A DNA stretch of 43,132 bases from positions 1-43,132 of IMG/VR virus record IMGVR_UViG_3300032373_000034, one strand, 5' to 3'. A model generated the notes under the pieces. That model was given only the letters and a program-made list of their open reading frames with translations. It did not search any database and was not told where the DNA came from. Positions 1 through 8,537 of this stretch are shown here, piece after piece. The position numbers were made by a program, and so were the translations under genes. Source of the stretch: a virus (Duplodnaviria; Caudoviricetes). How positions within the stretch are numbered: the first letter of the stretch is position 1; each line of letters starts with the position of its first letter.

Positions 1-146
1 TTACAAAGAGCTGTTTCTCTACGCGCTATTCAAGGAAGCGCGGCTTGTGCCGGACATTGACGGCAACGGAATGGTGCAGCTTCAACGAAAATCTAGCCGC
101 CTGACCAAACCCCAATTCTCGGACCTGTTCGAGATAATCCACGCCT
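1..146. repeat. Terminal direct repeat (left copy); circular assembly overlap
   Basis: 1..126 is identical to 42987..43112; 3 mismatches in the next 20 nt (positions 127, 136, 141). Confidence 0.95.
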
Positions 147-196
147 TTGCAGCACGTGAAGAAATCGACCTGAAAGAACCAAGGGAAACATCATGA
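1..196 (+). CDS. ninB: NinB/Orf-family recombination protein, 3' part (continues from 42778 across the junction)
   Basis: Frame reads ...YKELFLYALF..LVPDIDGNGMVQLQRKSSRLTKPQFSDLFEIIHAFAAREEIDL..* with TGA at 194-196. Confidence 0.75.
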   Translation, partial: YKELFLYALFKEARLVPDIDGNGMVQLQRKSSRLTKPQFSDLFEIIHAFAAREEIDLKEPRETS

Positions 197-438
197 CCAA
201 TAAACCAATGACAGCCAAGGAAGCGCGGCGAGCCGCCAAGGGAGAGTGTACCATTCACCTTGACCGCTTTGCCGCCACCCTCCGCGTCTATGCAGATCAG
301 GCCGAACAGATACAGGCCATGCGTGAGGCTTTGGGGCGTGCCAGTGCAGTAGTAGAAGCGACGCGGGACATTCCGCTGCTTTGTTCGTCAACCTTAGACG
401 AAGCCCTTGAAAAATACGATGGAGAGACCAATGACTAA
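193..438 (+). CDS. Hypothetical protein (N-terminus MTNKPMT)
   Basis: ATGA-coupled to ninB; AGGGA RBS. Confidence 0.7.
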   Translation: MTNKPMTAKEARRAAKGECTIHLDRFAATLRVYADQAEQIQAMREALGRASAVVEATRDIPLLCSSTLDEALEKYDGETND

Positions 439-466
439 ACCAATGACAGCCGAGGAGGTAGCGTAA
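431..466 (+). CDS. 11-aa mini-ORF MTKPMTAEEVA, or detached N-terminus of the next gene
   Basis: GGAGAG RBS, ATG 431, TAA 464-466 overlapping ATG 466; near copy of the start of ORF 193. Confidence 0.45.
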   Translation: MTKPMTAEEVA

Positions 467-699
467 TGGCTGAATGTCTAGCACCAGAACAGTACACGAC
501 CATTGCCAAAGTAGTGAACACGCTGGTTGAAGCCGGGGAGAGGGTGGATGAGACAAAGCCCAACTCTATGCAAGCTCACTACCTGTGGGGGCTCTTGCAT
601 GAGATTGGAAAAGACGGATTACGACTGGGGATCGAGCGGGGCCGGTTGAGTGTCCAACACGAAATACGTGCGCTGCTCGGCGTGGAGTCTCAGCTATGA
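466..699 (+). CDS. Hypothetical protein
   Basis: GAGGAGG RBS; operon-style overlaps. Confidence 0.7.
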   Translation: MAECLAPEQYTTIAKVVNTLVEAGERVDETKPNSMQAHYLWGLLHEIGKDGLRLGIERGRLSVQHEIRALLGVESQL

Positions 700-1106
700 G
701 CAGCGAACCGATGACATCCAAGCTCCGCGAGGCTGTGAAGGGCAGCCTTCGTGAAATATGCGCCATGATGTTTACAAACGCCTTGCGAGGGACAAACACC
801 ACCGAGCAAAGAGAGCCATTGAAAGAGGCCGTCTTGGATGAAGCCACAGATCGCATTCTTGCGCTGATGCCGTTAGGTGGTGTGCCAGATTTGCGAGCGT
901 TCGGATACGCGCCGGGCAATTACTTCTGCTATTGCGGATCATGCGGGGAACAGCACACAGCCGACAAGCGCGCATCCCGATGCCTGACGTGCGCAGAGAA
1001 GGCTTGCGCCTCACATTCAGCGGATAATGAGCAACAAGATACTTTGTCTTGCACACCAGAAGAATGTGACCGCCGCGACTCGGCGATATGGAAGGGTTGG
1101 TTATGA
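696..1106 (+). CDS. Hypothetical protein with Zn-finger-like motif (GYAPGNY.C.C..C...DKRA..C..CA)
   Basis: ATGA overlap; CxxC pairs. Confidence 0.7.
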   Translation: MSSEPMTSKLREAVKGSLREICAMMFTNALRGTNTTEQREPLKEAVLDEATDRILALMPLGGVPDLRAFGYAPGNYFCYCGSCGEQHTADKRASRCLTCAEKACASHSADNEQQDTLSCTPEECDRRDSAIWKGWL

Positions 1107-1453
1107 CTAAACCAATGACCCTACAAGACACGATCAAACGGCTTGAAGGGCTGCTCCCTCACGCTCGGGACAGAAACAAAAACTTAAAAGAGGAGAAAGT
1201 CCAAAAGAACTACCTGATTGGATACCATGCAGGCTGGATAGAGGCGGTTGAAAGTGAAGCCCTCCCCGCCCTTCGCACCGCACAGGCAGAGATAGACCGG
1301 CTCAAAGAGGCTTTGGTTGGTGCGGCGGACGCTTTGGAGCTTGAAGAACCGAGCGACCAAGCACCCTATAAAACCATTGTCGAATACGAAGCCAAAATCG
1401 CTTACGCCGCTGGCCGCGCCCGCGCCGCCCTCTCTACCAAGGGAGAAGGATGA
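1103..1453 (+). CDS. Hypothetical protein (N-terminus MTKPMT)
   Basis: ATGA overlap at 1103 is the more likely start than 1088. Confidence 0.7.
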   Translation: MTKPMTLQDTIKRLEGLLPHARDRNKNLKEEKVQKNYLIGYHAGWIEAVESEALPALRTAQAEIDRLKEALVGAADALELEEPSDQAPYKTIVEYEAKIAYAAGRARAALSTKGEG

Positions 1454-1806
1454 TGGCACGTCCGGTTAAGCCAAGTTGCAGAATGGCAGATAGGCCCAGA
1501 AACCTACGCCTCCGAGACGCTGCTGATCCGAATGTGACAATGGCGGCGGCGGCAAGTTTTTGGGGTTTGAAAAGCGCCTCTAGCGTTAATCATTGGTGCA
1601 AGAGAAATGGCGTCCATTGGGTGACGAAATATGAAACCGCCATACGTGCCGACGAACGCGAACGGTTGGCGAAACTGGCGGAGGGGCGTGATGCCACGGT
1701 TTATTGGGACAACGGCGTTGATCAGATTGGCGTAACTATGCTCGACGGTCCAAATGACCTCGCCGCATGGATACGTTCACAAGGAGAACCCAATGACCAA
1801 ACTTGA
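1450..1806 (+). CDS. Hypothetical protein, possible HTH
   Basis: GGAGAAGG RBS; TMAAAASFWGLKSASSVNHWCKRNG is HTH-like. Confidence 0.6.
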   Translation: MMARPVKPSCRMADRPRNLRLRDAADPNVTMAAAASFWGLKSASSVNHWCKRNGVHWVTKYETAIRADERERLAKLAEGRDATVYWDNGVDQIGVTMLDGPNDLAAWIRSQGEPNDQT

Positions 1807-1987
1807 TGAAGCCGTCCGCGCCGCGATTATAGCAGGCGCGTCGGACGAGGAGCGCGTTGTGAAAGCTGCCATCCAAGCCGCCGTGAAGGTGTTGGTGCCG
1901 GGGCCAATGGATATTGTCAGCGAAGCGTGGTCGAGCGATTGGAACGCCTGCCGCCGCGTAACCCTAAATAACGCAGGGATAGAGTAA
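1793..1987 (+). CDS. Hypothetical protein
   Basis: AAGGAG RBS before ATG 1793 (MTKLDEA). Confidence 0.65.
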   Translation: MTKLDEAVRAAIIAGASDEERVVKAAIQAAVKVLVPGPMDIVSEAWSSDWNACRRVTLNNAGIE

Positions 1988-2145
1988 TGTCTTATTGGCT
2001 TCACGTGCTGTCGCATTGGTTGGGGTGGAACACCGGCAAAGTGGTTTCCAAACTTGATAGCAACGGCAATGTCTGGATTGCTTTTGAATGCGGAAAATGC
2101 GGCAAGGTCAGCGGCGCTCATATTACCAAGCGTGGCAGCGCGTAA
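1987..2145 (+). CDS. 52-aa protein with CxxC (not in ORF track)
   Basis: TAATG overlap; MSYWLHVLSHWLGWNTGKVV..WIAFECGKCGKVSGAH..; its stop abuts the stop of the convergent gene. Confidence 0.65.
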   Translation: MSYWLHVLSHWLGWNTGKVVSKLDSNGNVWIAFECGKCGKVSGAHITKRGSA

Positions 2146-3852
2146 TTACACCGCCCGCCATTTAAGACCGCGCATTGTAATCATGGTGCGCTTGCCGTTC
2201 GGGAAGGTTCCTATCATAGTGCGGGACCAACTCGACGGCCCTCTTGCGTAATCAAGTGTAACGTGTTGCTTGTCACCACCTGTCAGACCGCATTGCCAAG
2301 CGCCGTCCATAATCCCCGCAGAGTGTGAGTGTCCTATATTGACCTTCACACCAATCTTTGACAGCGCGCGGATAGCCCCTCTTGATCCGTTCGGGCCTTG
2401 GTCGCCATGAAGGCCACATTCAACACCAGCGACAATATGTGAGGCGTCAGGGCGAAGGAAGGCCACATCGTTCGGGCAACCCTCTTTCTGGCAAGCCCAC
2501 TCCAACAGATTAAAATCAGCACCGGCCTCTATACCCTCTAGCATCGCATCGGCGGCTTGGAGATAGAAGCGGGCGTTCTTAGGGTCTTGTCGCCAATCTG
2601 ATTCCGCCAGCCAACGGCGCAAATGGTCGTCATGGTTGGAGGCGACAACAACAGACTTCATAAACGAGCGGGAGATTTTGGAAAGAAACGCCGCGTCGGC
2701 TTTAACTTCCTCTCTTACATCGTCGGCGTCGGAGTCGTGTAATTCAAATTGTCGGAAAGGGTTTTTACGGTCGTGGTGTGAGCGCGATTTGTGGTCATGT
2801 ACGTCATGCAAATGTATCTCTGCGGGCTGTAGCGTGTCGATTATCTCACAAAGCGTGTCTTCAATTTCCACATCAAGGTCTGCGACATGAATATCACCGG
2901 GCGTCAAAGCCGCAAGGTTACAGCCCTCTACCGCCTCACCGTCAGAAACAGTTATGTTCAAATCGTGGATAAGGCCGGACTCGTCGCCAACGATAGGCCG
3001 GACAAACCAATCTCCGTCGCTATCGACCTCCACAAGCATTGCGCCGTAGATATGATGCCAATCGGCTTTCTGGCCGACCTTTGTTTCGGAGTAGTTTCGT
3101 TGCGTCACAACGCCTGTTGTATAAAGAATCTTGGCGTGGTCTTCTCGCATAGTGGCGATAGAGCGCATTTCAATTTTCGTCGCCCCGAATACAGCCGAAG
3201 CCGATCCGGTAAACGTGTCATAACCTGATAGGGGGGAAGTTGCCGTCGCGGTCATGGGGGCGTCGCCTGCCCATTGAAGGTCGGGGGCTAATTCTACCCG
3301 GTCTTCATTGACAAATGGCAACACGCGGGAATCCCATTGAATAGCCTCGTCAGGCCCGCCCTCAATCTCTGTGTCTGAGCCTAGACGACGCCAAGCTGAA
3401 AGATTGTAGGCAATCCGCCGAATGTATATCGGGGCGGAATAATACTCGGCCAAAGCCGAAAGGTTTTCCCAAAATGCTTCGTGGACGTTTGTATTGTTGA
3501 CCGCCGCCGTGAGAATATATCGCGCCACCTTTCCGTCAGGTGGAATATCCATGTATTGAATGTCGCGGGTGTCAATCCGGCCTCCCGTTAATGCGGGAAT
3601 GGCCTCTTGTGGAACCCAACCCTTTTCTGCGGCTTTTTCGACGCGGCGCTTGTGGGCGTGGCTGGTTTCAAGCGGCTCGCCCCTCGCGGGATTCCAAGGC
3701 GGTGCGGGAACTTCTATTCCTTGCTCTTTAGCCTTGGCACACTTGCGCTTTATTGTTGACCGGCAAGAGCCTAATTCTCTGGCCGCAGCAGATATATTGC
3801 CGTTAGTTTTATGTAAGGCTTCTACAACTTGCTCTACCGTAAACTCTTTCAT
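2146..3852 (-). CDS. T5 A1-like protein: N-terminal HTH plus calcineurin-like metallophosphoesterase/nuclease
   Basis: Motifs GDIH, HDVHD, SNHD, HGDQGPNGSRG, GHSH, GPSSWS, YTTGVVTQRNY..K.GQKA; GGGAGG RBS before ATG 3852. Confidence 0.75.
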   Translation of the reverse strand: MKEFTVEQVVEALHKTNGNISAAARELGSCRSTIKRKCAKAKEQGIEVPAPPWNPARGEPLETSHAHKRRVEKAAEKGWVPQEAIPALTGGRIDTRDIQYMDIPPDGKVARYILTAAVNNTNVHEAFWENLSALAEYYSAPIYIRRIAYNLSAWRRLGSDTEIEGGPDEAIQWDSRVLPFVNEDRVELAPDLQWAGDAPMTATATSPLSGYDTFTGSASAVFGATKIEMRSIATMREDHAKILYTTGVVTQRNYSETKVGQKADWHHIYGAMLVEVDSDGDWFVRPIVGDESGLIHDLNITVSDGEAVEGCNLAALTPGDIHVADLDVEIEDTLCEIIDTLQPAEIHLHDVHDHKSRSHHDRKNPFRQFELHDSDADDVREEVKADAAFLSKISRSFMKSVVVASNHDDHLRRWLAESDWRQDPKNARFYLQAADAMLEGIEAGADFNLLEWACQKEGCPNDVAFLRPDASHIVAGVECGLHGDQGPNGSRGAIRALSKIGVKVNIGHSHSAGIMDGAWQCGLTGGDKQHVTLDYARGPSSWSRTMIGTFPNGKRTMITMRGLKWRAV

Positions 3853-3874
3853 GGGAGCCTCCCTGTAGCCCACA

Positions 3875-3902
3875 ACTATATATAGACAAGGGAGAAAAGC
3901 AA
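3875..3902 (-). promoter_or_regulatory. Putative sigma70 promoter for the A1-like gene
   Basis: TTGCTT-N16-TATAGT. Confidence 0.45.
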
Positions 3903-3906
3903 GGCG

Positions 3907-4179
3907 CTACTCGTCGGCGTCTTCTTCGGCCCACTCTGCAATGTCAGCAATGCGGCCATCGCAAAGATTGAAAGCCTCTACCCAACGGGCGCGGCTTTCC
4001 ACTATGTCACCCGTCTCCACCATGAAAACCTCGCTAGGACGCTCACAGGGGGTCAGCAGAGCCTTCGGGGGAGTTAGTCTCACTATTTCCGTTCTCGTCA
4101 GCAGGCGGGGCGTTGAGCAACCGCCTAAGAGCATCAGGGACAGGCTGAGACAAATAATCTTCAACATCGGGGTTTTCAT
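3907..4179 (-). CDS. o-spanin (Rz1-like lipoprotein)
   Basis: Signal peptide with lipobox LGGC; Pro-rich LLTPC; overlaps the i-spanin. Confidence 0.8.
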   Translation of the reverse strand: MKTPMLKIICLSLSLMLLGGCSTPRLLTRTEIVRLTPPKALLTPCERPSEVFMVETGDIVESRARWVEAFNLCDGRIADIAEWAEEDADE

Positions 4180-4468
4180 TGGAAACTCGCTCTACGTCCG
4201 CTCTGTCACGCCGCGCTTGATCACGAATAACTCGTTCGCGTTCATCGGCACGAATGAGAAGCGCATCAAGTCGCGCCGCCTCACCTTGAAGAATGTCGAT
4301 AGTGGCTTGATTTGCCTCAGCAGTCGTAACGGCCAAATCACGTTCTGCTCTTGCTGTGTCGCGTTCATTTTCCACCCACTGTATACGAAACCACATGGTA
4401 GCGGCGACCGCCAGCGCCACGCCACCAATCCAGACCACACCGGGGATTTTGCTAATCAGACTGAGCAT
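4043..4468 (-). CDS. i-spanin (Rz-like)
   Basis: N-terminal TM helix plus coiled coil, ..QPVPDALRRLL; in the lysis cassette. Confidence 0.8.
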   Translation of the reverse strand: MLSLISKIPGVVWIGGVALAVAATMWFRIQWVENERDTARAERDLAVTTAEANQATIDILQGEAARLDALLIRADERERVIRDQARRDRADVERVSNENPDVEDYLSQPVPDALRRLLNAPPADENGNSETNSPEGSADPL

Positions 4469-4682
4469 CGTTTACGCCCGCGTTCTTGCCCCACTGACGA
4501 ATCCCAAAAAGAGCCGCCGCGAAGCCAAAGATAGCAACCGCCAAGCCAAGAGCGTATTCTCCCGCCTCTGGTCGCGCGATAAAGACTATCACACAAGCGG
4601 GCGCAATCAAGCGCACCATCCAAAGAACGCTATGGGCCAAGCGAGGTCGCCATGTTTCGCGCATTTGTTGGAGATTGCTCAT
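4452..4682 (-). CDS. Holin-like membrane protein
   Basis: Two TM segments, WRP and FGIRQW.K motifs; position. Confidence 0.65.
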   Translation of the reverse strand: MSNLQQMRETWRPRLAHSVLWMVRLIAPACVIVFIARPEAGEYALGLAVAIFGFAAALFGIRQWGKNAGVNDAQSD

Positions 4683-4912
4683 TTCATCACCGCCGTTTTA
4701 ATGTCCGACACGTCAGAGCGCATCGCTTTAACTTGCTCCTCTAGCCGAGCAATAGCGACTTGGTTTTCTTGCGAGGAGTCTCTTTTTTCCAAAGAGGCCA
4801 CCCGTCCATGCAGGTGTCCGTAACCAATAGCGCCGCCAATAGCTGCAAGAACGCCGGTAACGCCTACCCAGTCGAGAATTTCAGTCATTGGACCTCCCTC
4901 TTGCATGGCCAT
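4679..4912 (-). CDS. Small membrane/coiled-coil lysis-cassette protein (holin/antiholin-like)
   Basis: One TM helix plus coiled coil, adjacent to the endolysin. Confidence 0.5.
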   Translation of the reverse strand: MAMQEGGPMTEILDWVGVTGVLAAIGGAIGYGHLHGRVASLEKRDSSQENQVAIARLEEQVKAMRSDVSDIKTAVMK

Positions 4913-5241
4913 TATTTTGGATCGTATTCAAAGTGGAAGTGGTTGCTCTCGACAACTACGTCATAGTCTTTGCCAAGGCGGTTACGGCAGGCTTGTGCAA
5001 TGTGGCGCTTTTCATCGTCGGACCATTGCGCGTAGCCCGGCGCTTCATCGCGCGAACGCGCATCCCACCCTTCGCCTGAATAATGCTTGGAGCCGCGCAT
5101 GTGGCGTCCATCGTTTAGGCTCGTGACGGTAAAGCGTTTCCCGTAATCACGAAAAACCGCAGCGCAAACCACAAGCCCCCGAATAGTCTCAAGTTTGATG
5201 CCTTTAGGCTTAACGCCGCCTTTGAAGGATATATCTATCAT
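4912..5241 (-). CDS. Endolysin, peptidase M15-like Zn metallopeptidase
   Basis: TS..DG.H..GSKHY.G...D.RSR and E.NHFHFEYD. Confidence 0.75.
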   Translation of the reverse strand: MIDISFKGGVKPKGIKLETIRGLVVCAAVFRDYGKRFTVTSLNDGRHMRGSKHYSGEGWDARSRDEAPGYAQWSDDEKRHIAQACRNRLGKDYDVVVESNHFHFEYDPK

Positions 5242-8200
5242 TAGACCACGACCGGACGGATATACTCGACACCCAGCCGGGTGCAGTCTGAAATGCCTGT
5301 GGACTGCCCCGTAACATCCACAACATCCGAACCCCCTTGCATAGAGGGCCGCAGTCGAACCGTTTGGCCTTTTTCTAAGTTTACTGTGAAGTTAATAGGG
5401 AAAAGAAAAGTCGAGCTGATCGAGCTGATAATGGTGTCTGGGTTCATTCGAGCGCATGAATAAAGACTGCCATTAATCTCTAGCCATAGCTCTAGATCAA
5501 CCTCAGACGAAGTAATCCCTCCGAGCGAAAGGGTGCCGTATATCCGATGAAGACCGTCTGCCTGAGCCGTGAATATGCCTGTGCTGGTGTTGTAACAGTT
5601 AGCTTCATTAAATCGCGCTGTGTCACATACGACATAATAGGAGGTTGTAGCGCCTAGGACATTACTTGCCGTTGCTGACAAATAGGCGTCAAAACCGTAA
5701 CCCGTCCGTGCAAGGTCAGTCTTGGCCATGCCAGCCTGCCCATCCGTTACCCCGAAGAAACGGGTTGCCACATACATTTTATCGTCGTCATAGTAATTGG
5801 TGGTTTGGGCTACGTTGCCGCCTGTGCCGCCTGTCAGCGCGTCCGTTCCCGCCGTAAAACTGTTACCGGCGTGCGCCTGCACAGTCACCATACCAACCGC
5901 CGCCTCGTCGTCAGGCGTGACGGGACACATAGCAATAGCGTCGTCTTCGCTATCGTAGCCGGAGCCTGAGTTAGTGGCCCACGTTACAACCCGCGTTGGT
6001 GTCGCCCCATCTGTTGACAAAAGCGCCACGCCCCATTTACCAGCCGGGAAGGTGGCAGACGTTCCTGTGTCCCATGTTCCAGCAGCAACAGCTGACTTAG
6101 TGCTTTCAATGGTAACATCAACAGAGTTAGCCGATTGCACATCGAAGTTTGAAGCGATTGCTAAAGCAGGATCACCGTCAACCAGACGGCAAAGGGAGCC
6201 ATAGTAGAAAGACTGGTCTTGGTGATTAAGCTCATGTTCAAGACCCTCGGTTGGTGTGACTATATCAGCAAGGATTGTCCCGAGGTTCGACATATCAAAA
6301 CGGTTGGCCCCAAAGCGGGCGCGCGACCCTGCCGCCGTGACTTTTAGATGGGCATTAGCGTATGTGCTGCCCGCCGTCTCTTGGGAGCCTTCCACCTCAC
6401 CAAAATCGCAACCATCAAAGTAGGCATCCCCGCCCGAAGCGTTACAAAGAATGGTGGTGTGCTTAGAGTTGCGCGTTGTTATGTCTTCAAAGCGAGCGTT
6501 GCGGCATGACCTGTAGCTGATCGCGCCAAGCCCGCTAGAATTGCTATTCTCGCCGCCGTATCCGTCCAAGGTTAGGTTAGAGAAAGCCACATCATCAGCC
6601 GGATAAGCCGAGTTGGTGCCAGACAGGTTAATTCCATGCAAACGCAGTGTTGTGTTTACAGCAACGACATTTGCCGTTGAACTGGACGTGCCGCCAGTGA
6701 TTGTTTCGGCGGCTTGGAATGTGCCAGAGATAGCTTTCAAACGAACGCGATTAAGCGCGTTGTCCGACACAACCACGCCCGTTGCGGACGATGTTCCACC
6801 CGTCACAGTCTCGCCTACAGTGAATCCCGCCGAGGGTTGGTTATAGACAAGCGAGCCTTCATCATCATAGCGCACAGCAATACCGTCTGAAACGCGGTGA
6901 CGCTTGCCTACATCATAATCCGCAGCGGCGGAGGGGGAACTTTTGGTTCCGTCAGTCAATCCAATAGCGTTGGCGGCGTTGCGCGCCACCCAACCGTCAA
7001 CAACACAATCCTCAGCGCCGTGAATATCAATCGCGGTCCATGTCGGTATGTCTTCAAAATAAGCGCCATTTACAGAGCAGCGCCGGGTTGGTGGGTTAGT
7101 GTCTGTATTGGTCGAACTATCCCGCGTCATCGTGATGCCATACATATTATAATATGGAGAATTGCCGGACTGACCCGGCCCAACGTCCAGAACGGTCAGC
7201 CCGGCCCAATGGACATCATCATTTGACAGCATGGCTACGCCGTATTTACCGGCGCGCTCTGACTTCATTTGTGTAAATTGGCTATCCGTCAGGTGCTCAA
7301 GCCATATATTAGCATAGCCGAATCCAGAGACGTAACAGTTATGCCCTTTCACGTCTCTAATGCGTGTGGTTAGCGTCTTTTTAATCTCTACGCCGTGGTT
7401 GAATAGCGCGGGTTGAGAACCGCTATCAAGATCGGCGCGCGTTGGTTGAGAGGGAAACGGCCCTTTCAATCGGACGTTAGTAAGTCCTGCGCCAGAGCCG
7501 CTAATCAAAATCCCTGCCGTGTTGCCGCTTTCCATGCAGCGAATATAATTGGCATTGGAAAGCCCATTGATTGTGACGTTAGCGGGAAGGTCCAAGCCAT
7601 AGCAAAGGTGATACCGGGATAGGTTGAGCGTCCCGCCGCCTGCGGTCGATATGGCGTTTATCGCGTTTTGAATTGCAGTCGTGTCGTTTGTGCCAAAGAC
7701 CGCCTCTGCGTTGGAAACTGTTGTCCCGGCTGCGGCGGTTACTTCGACTTCACCCGCGCCGGTATAACTGGCAATCGTTGTCGCTAGAAACGCATTGGAG
7801 GCACCCGCCCCGCGAATAACAACCTCCTTACCAACATCGCCCGCGACAAACGGATTAGACGCCGATGTTAGGGTGGTGCCGGAAGCTGTAATAGCAGCAT
7901 CTTGCAACTCAATCAGATCGTTGCCTGCCGCATACATGCCGGAAAAATAATTATGGCCAATCGGAATAAACCCGTTGTCCGCGTAGGCTTTGATCGACTG
8001 CTGCGAGGCTAACTTGGTCGCGCTGTCCGAGGCCATAGTGTCTTCATCAAGGAAGGCATCGCCTGAAAGCGTCCCGTTCAAAATAGGGCTTGTCAGCGTC
8101 TTGTTGGTGAGCGTCACAGAATTGGTGAGCGTGGCAAAACTGTCGTCGGACAAGGCGGTGTTGAACTCTGCCGTTGTCCCTGTCAGCGTGTTGTTTGCAA

Positions 8201-8537
8201 GGTCTACCGACTTGTTGGTAAAGGTTTGCGCTTTCGCAATAGCCGCTAGAGTGTCGGTGTCAGCGTCCGGCAAGATAAGCGTGATAGAGCCTGTCGCATT
8301 GGCTGCGTCAAACCGAACGCGGTCAGTGCGCGTTGAATTAGAGGACACACCAAACAAATTGTCGGGGAAATACCCGCTTTTGTCGATTGCTGAAACGTCC
8401 GTCCCGCCGACCTGCAAGAGAAAGAGCTTGGACGCATCGTCAGACGAATTGTCTGTCACGTTCATCTTGATAGCGTTGAACGTGGTGCCTCCGCTGTTCC
8501 ATGTGTCGGTGAGGTTATGAATAGGTGTGGTGGTCAT
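5241..8537 (-). CDS. Tail fibre/tailspike with pectate-lyase-like beta-helix and C1q/TNF-like C-terminal domain
   Basis: GTNDTTAIQNAINA..GGGTL beta-helix cap; YNTSTGIFTA..DGLH; last virion gene. Confidence 0.75.
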   Translation of the reverse strand: MTTTPIHNLTDTWNSGGTTFNAIKMNVTDNSSDDASKLFLLQVGGTDVSAIDKSGYFPDNLFGVSSNSTRTDRVRFDAANATGSITLILPDADTDTLAAIAKAQTFTNKSVDLANNTLTGTTAEFNTALSDDSFATLTNSVTLTNKTLTSPILNGTLSGDAFLDEDTMASDSATKLASQQSIKAYADNGFIPIGHNYFSGMYAAGNDLIELQDAAITASGTTLTSASNPFVAGDVGKEVVIRGAGASNAFLATTIASYTGAGEVEVTAAAGTTVSNAEAVFGTNDTTAIQNAINAISTAGGGTLNLSRYHLCYGLDLPANVTINGLSNANYIRCMESGNTAGILISGSGAGLTNVRLKGPFPSQPTRADLDSGSQPALFNHGVEIKKTLTTRIRDVKGHNCYVSGFGYANIWLEHLTDSQFTQMKSERAGKYGVAMLSNDDVHWAGLTVLDVGPGQSGNSPYYNMYGITMTRDSSTNTDTNPPTRRCSVNGAYFEDIPTWTAIDIHGAEDCVVDGWVARNAANAIGLTDGTKSSPSAAADYDVGKRHRVSDGIAVRYDDEGSLVYNQPSAGFTVGETVTGGTSSATGVVVSDNALNRVRLKAISGTFQAAETITGGTSSSTANVVAVNTTLRLHGINLSGTNSAYPADDVAFSNLTLDGYGGENSNSSGLGAISYRSCRNARFEDITTRNSKHTTILCNASGGDAYFDGCDFGEVEGSQETAGSTYANAHLKVTAAGSRARFGANRFDMSNLGTILADIVTPTEGLEHELNHQDQSFYYGSLCRLVDGDPALAIASNFDVQSANSVDVTIESTKSAVAAGTWDTGTSATFPAGKWGVALLSTDGATPTRVVTWATNSGSGYDSEDDAIAMCPVTPDDEAAVGMVTVQAHAGNSFTAGTDALTGGTGGNVAQTTNYYDDDKMYVATRFFGVTDGQAGMAKTDLARTGYGFDAYLSATASNVLGATTSYYVVCDTARFNEANCYNTSTGIFTAQADGLHRIYGTLSLGGITSSEVDLELWLEINGSLYSCARMNPDTIISSISSTFLFPINFTVNLEKGQTVRLRPSMQGGSDVVDVTGQSTGISDCTRLGVEYIRPVVV

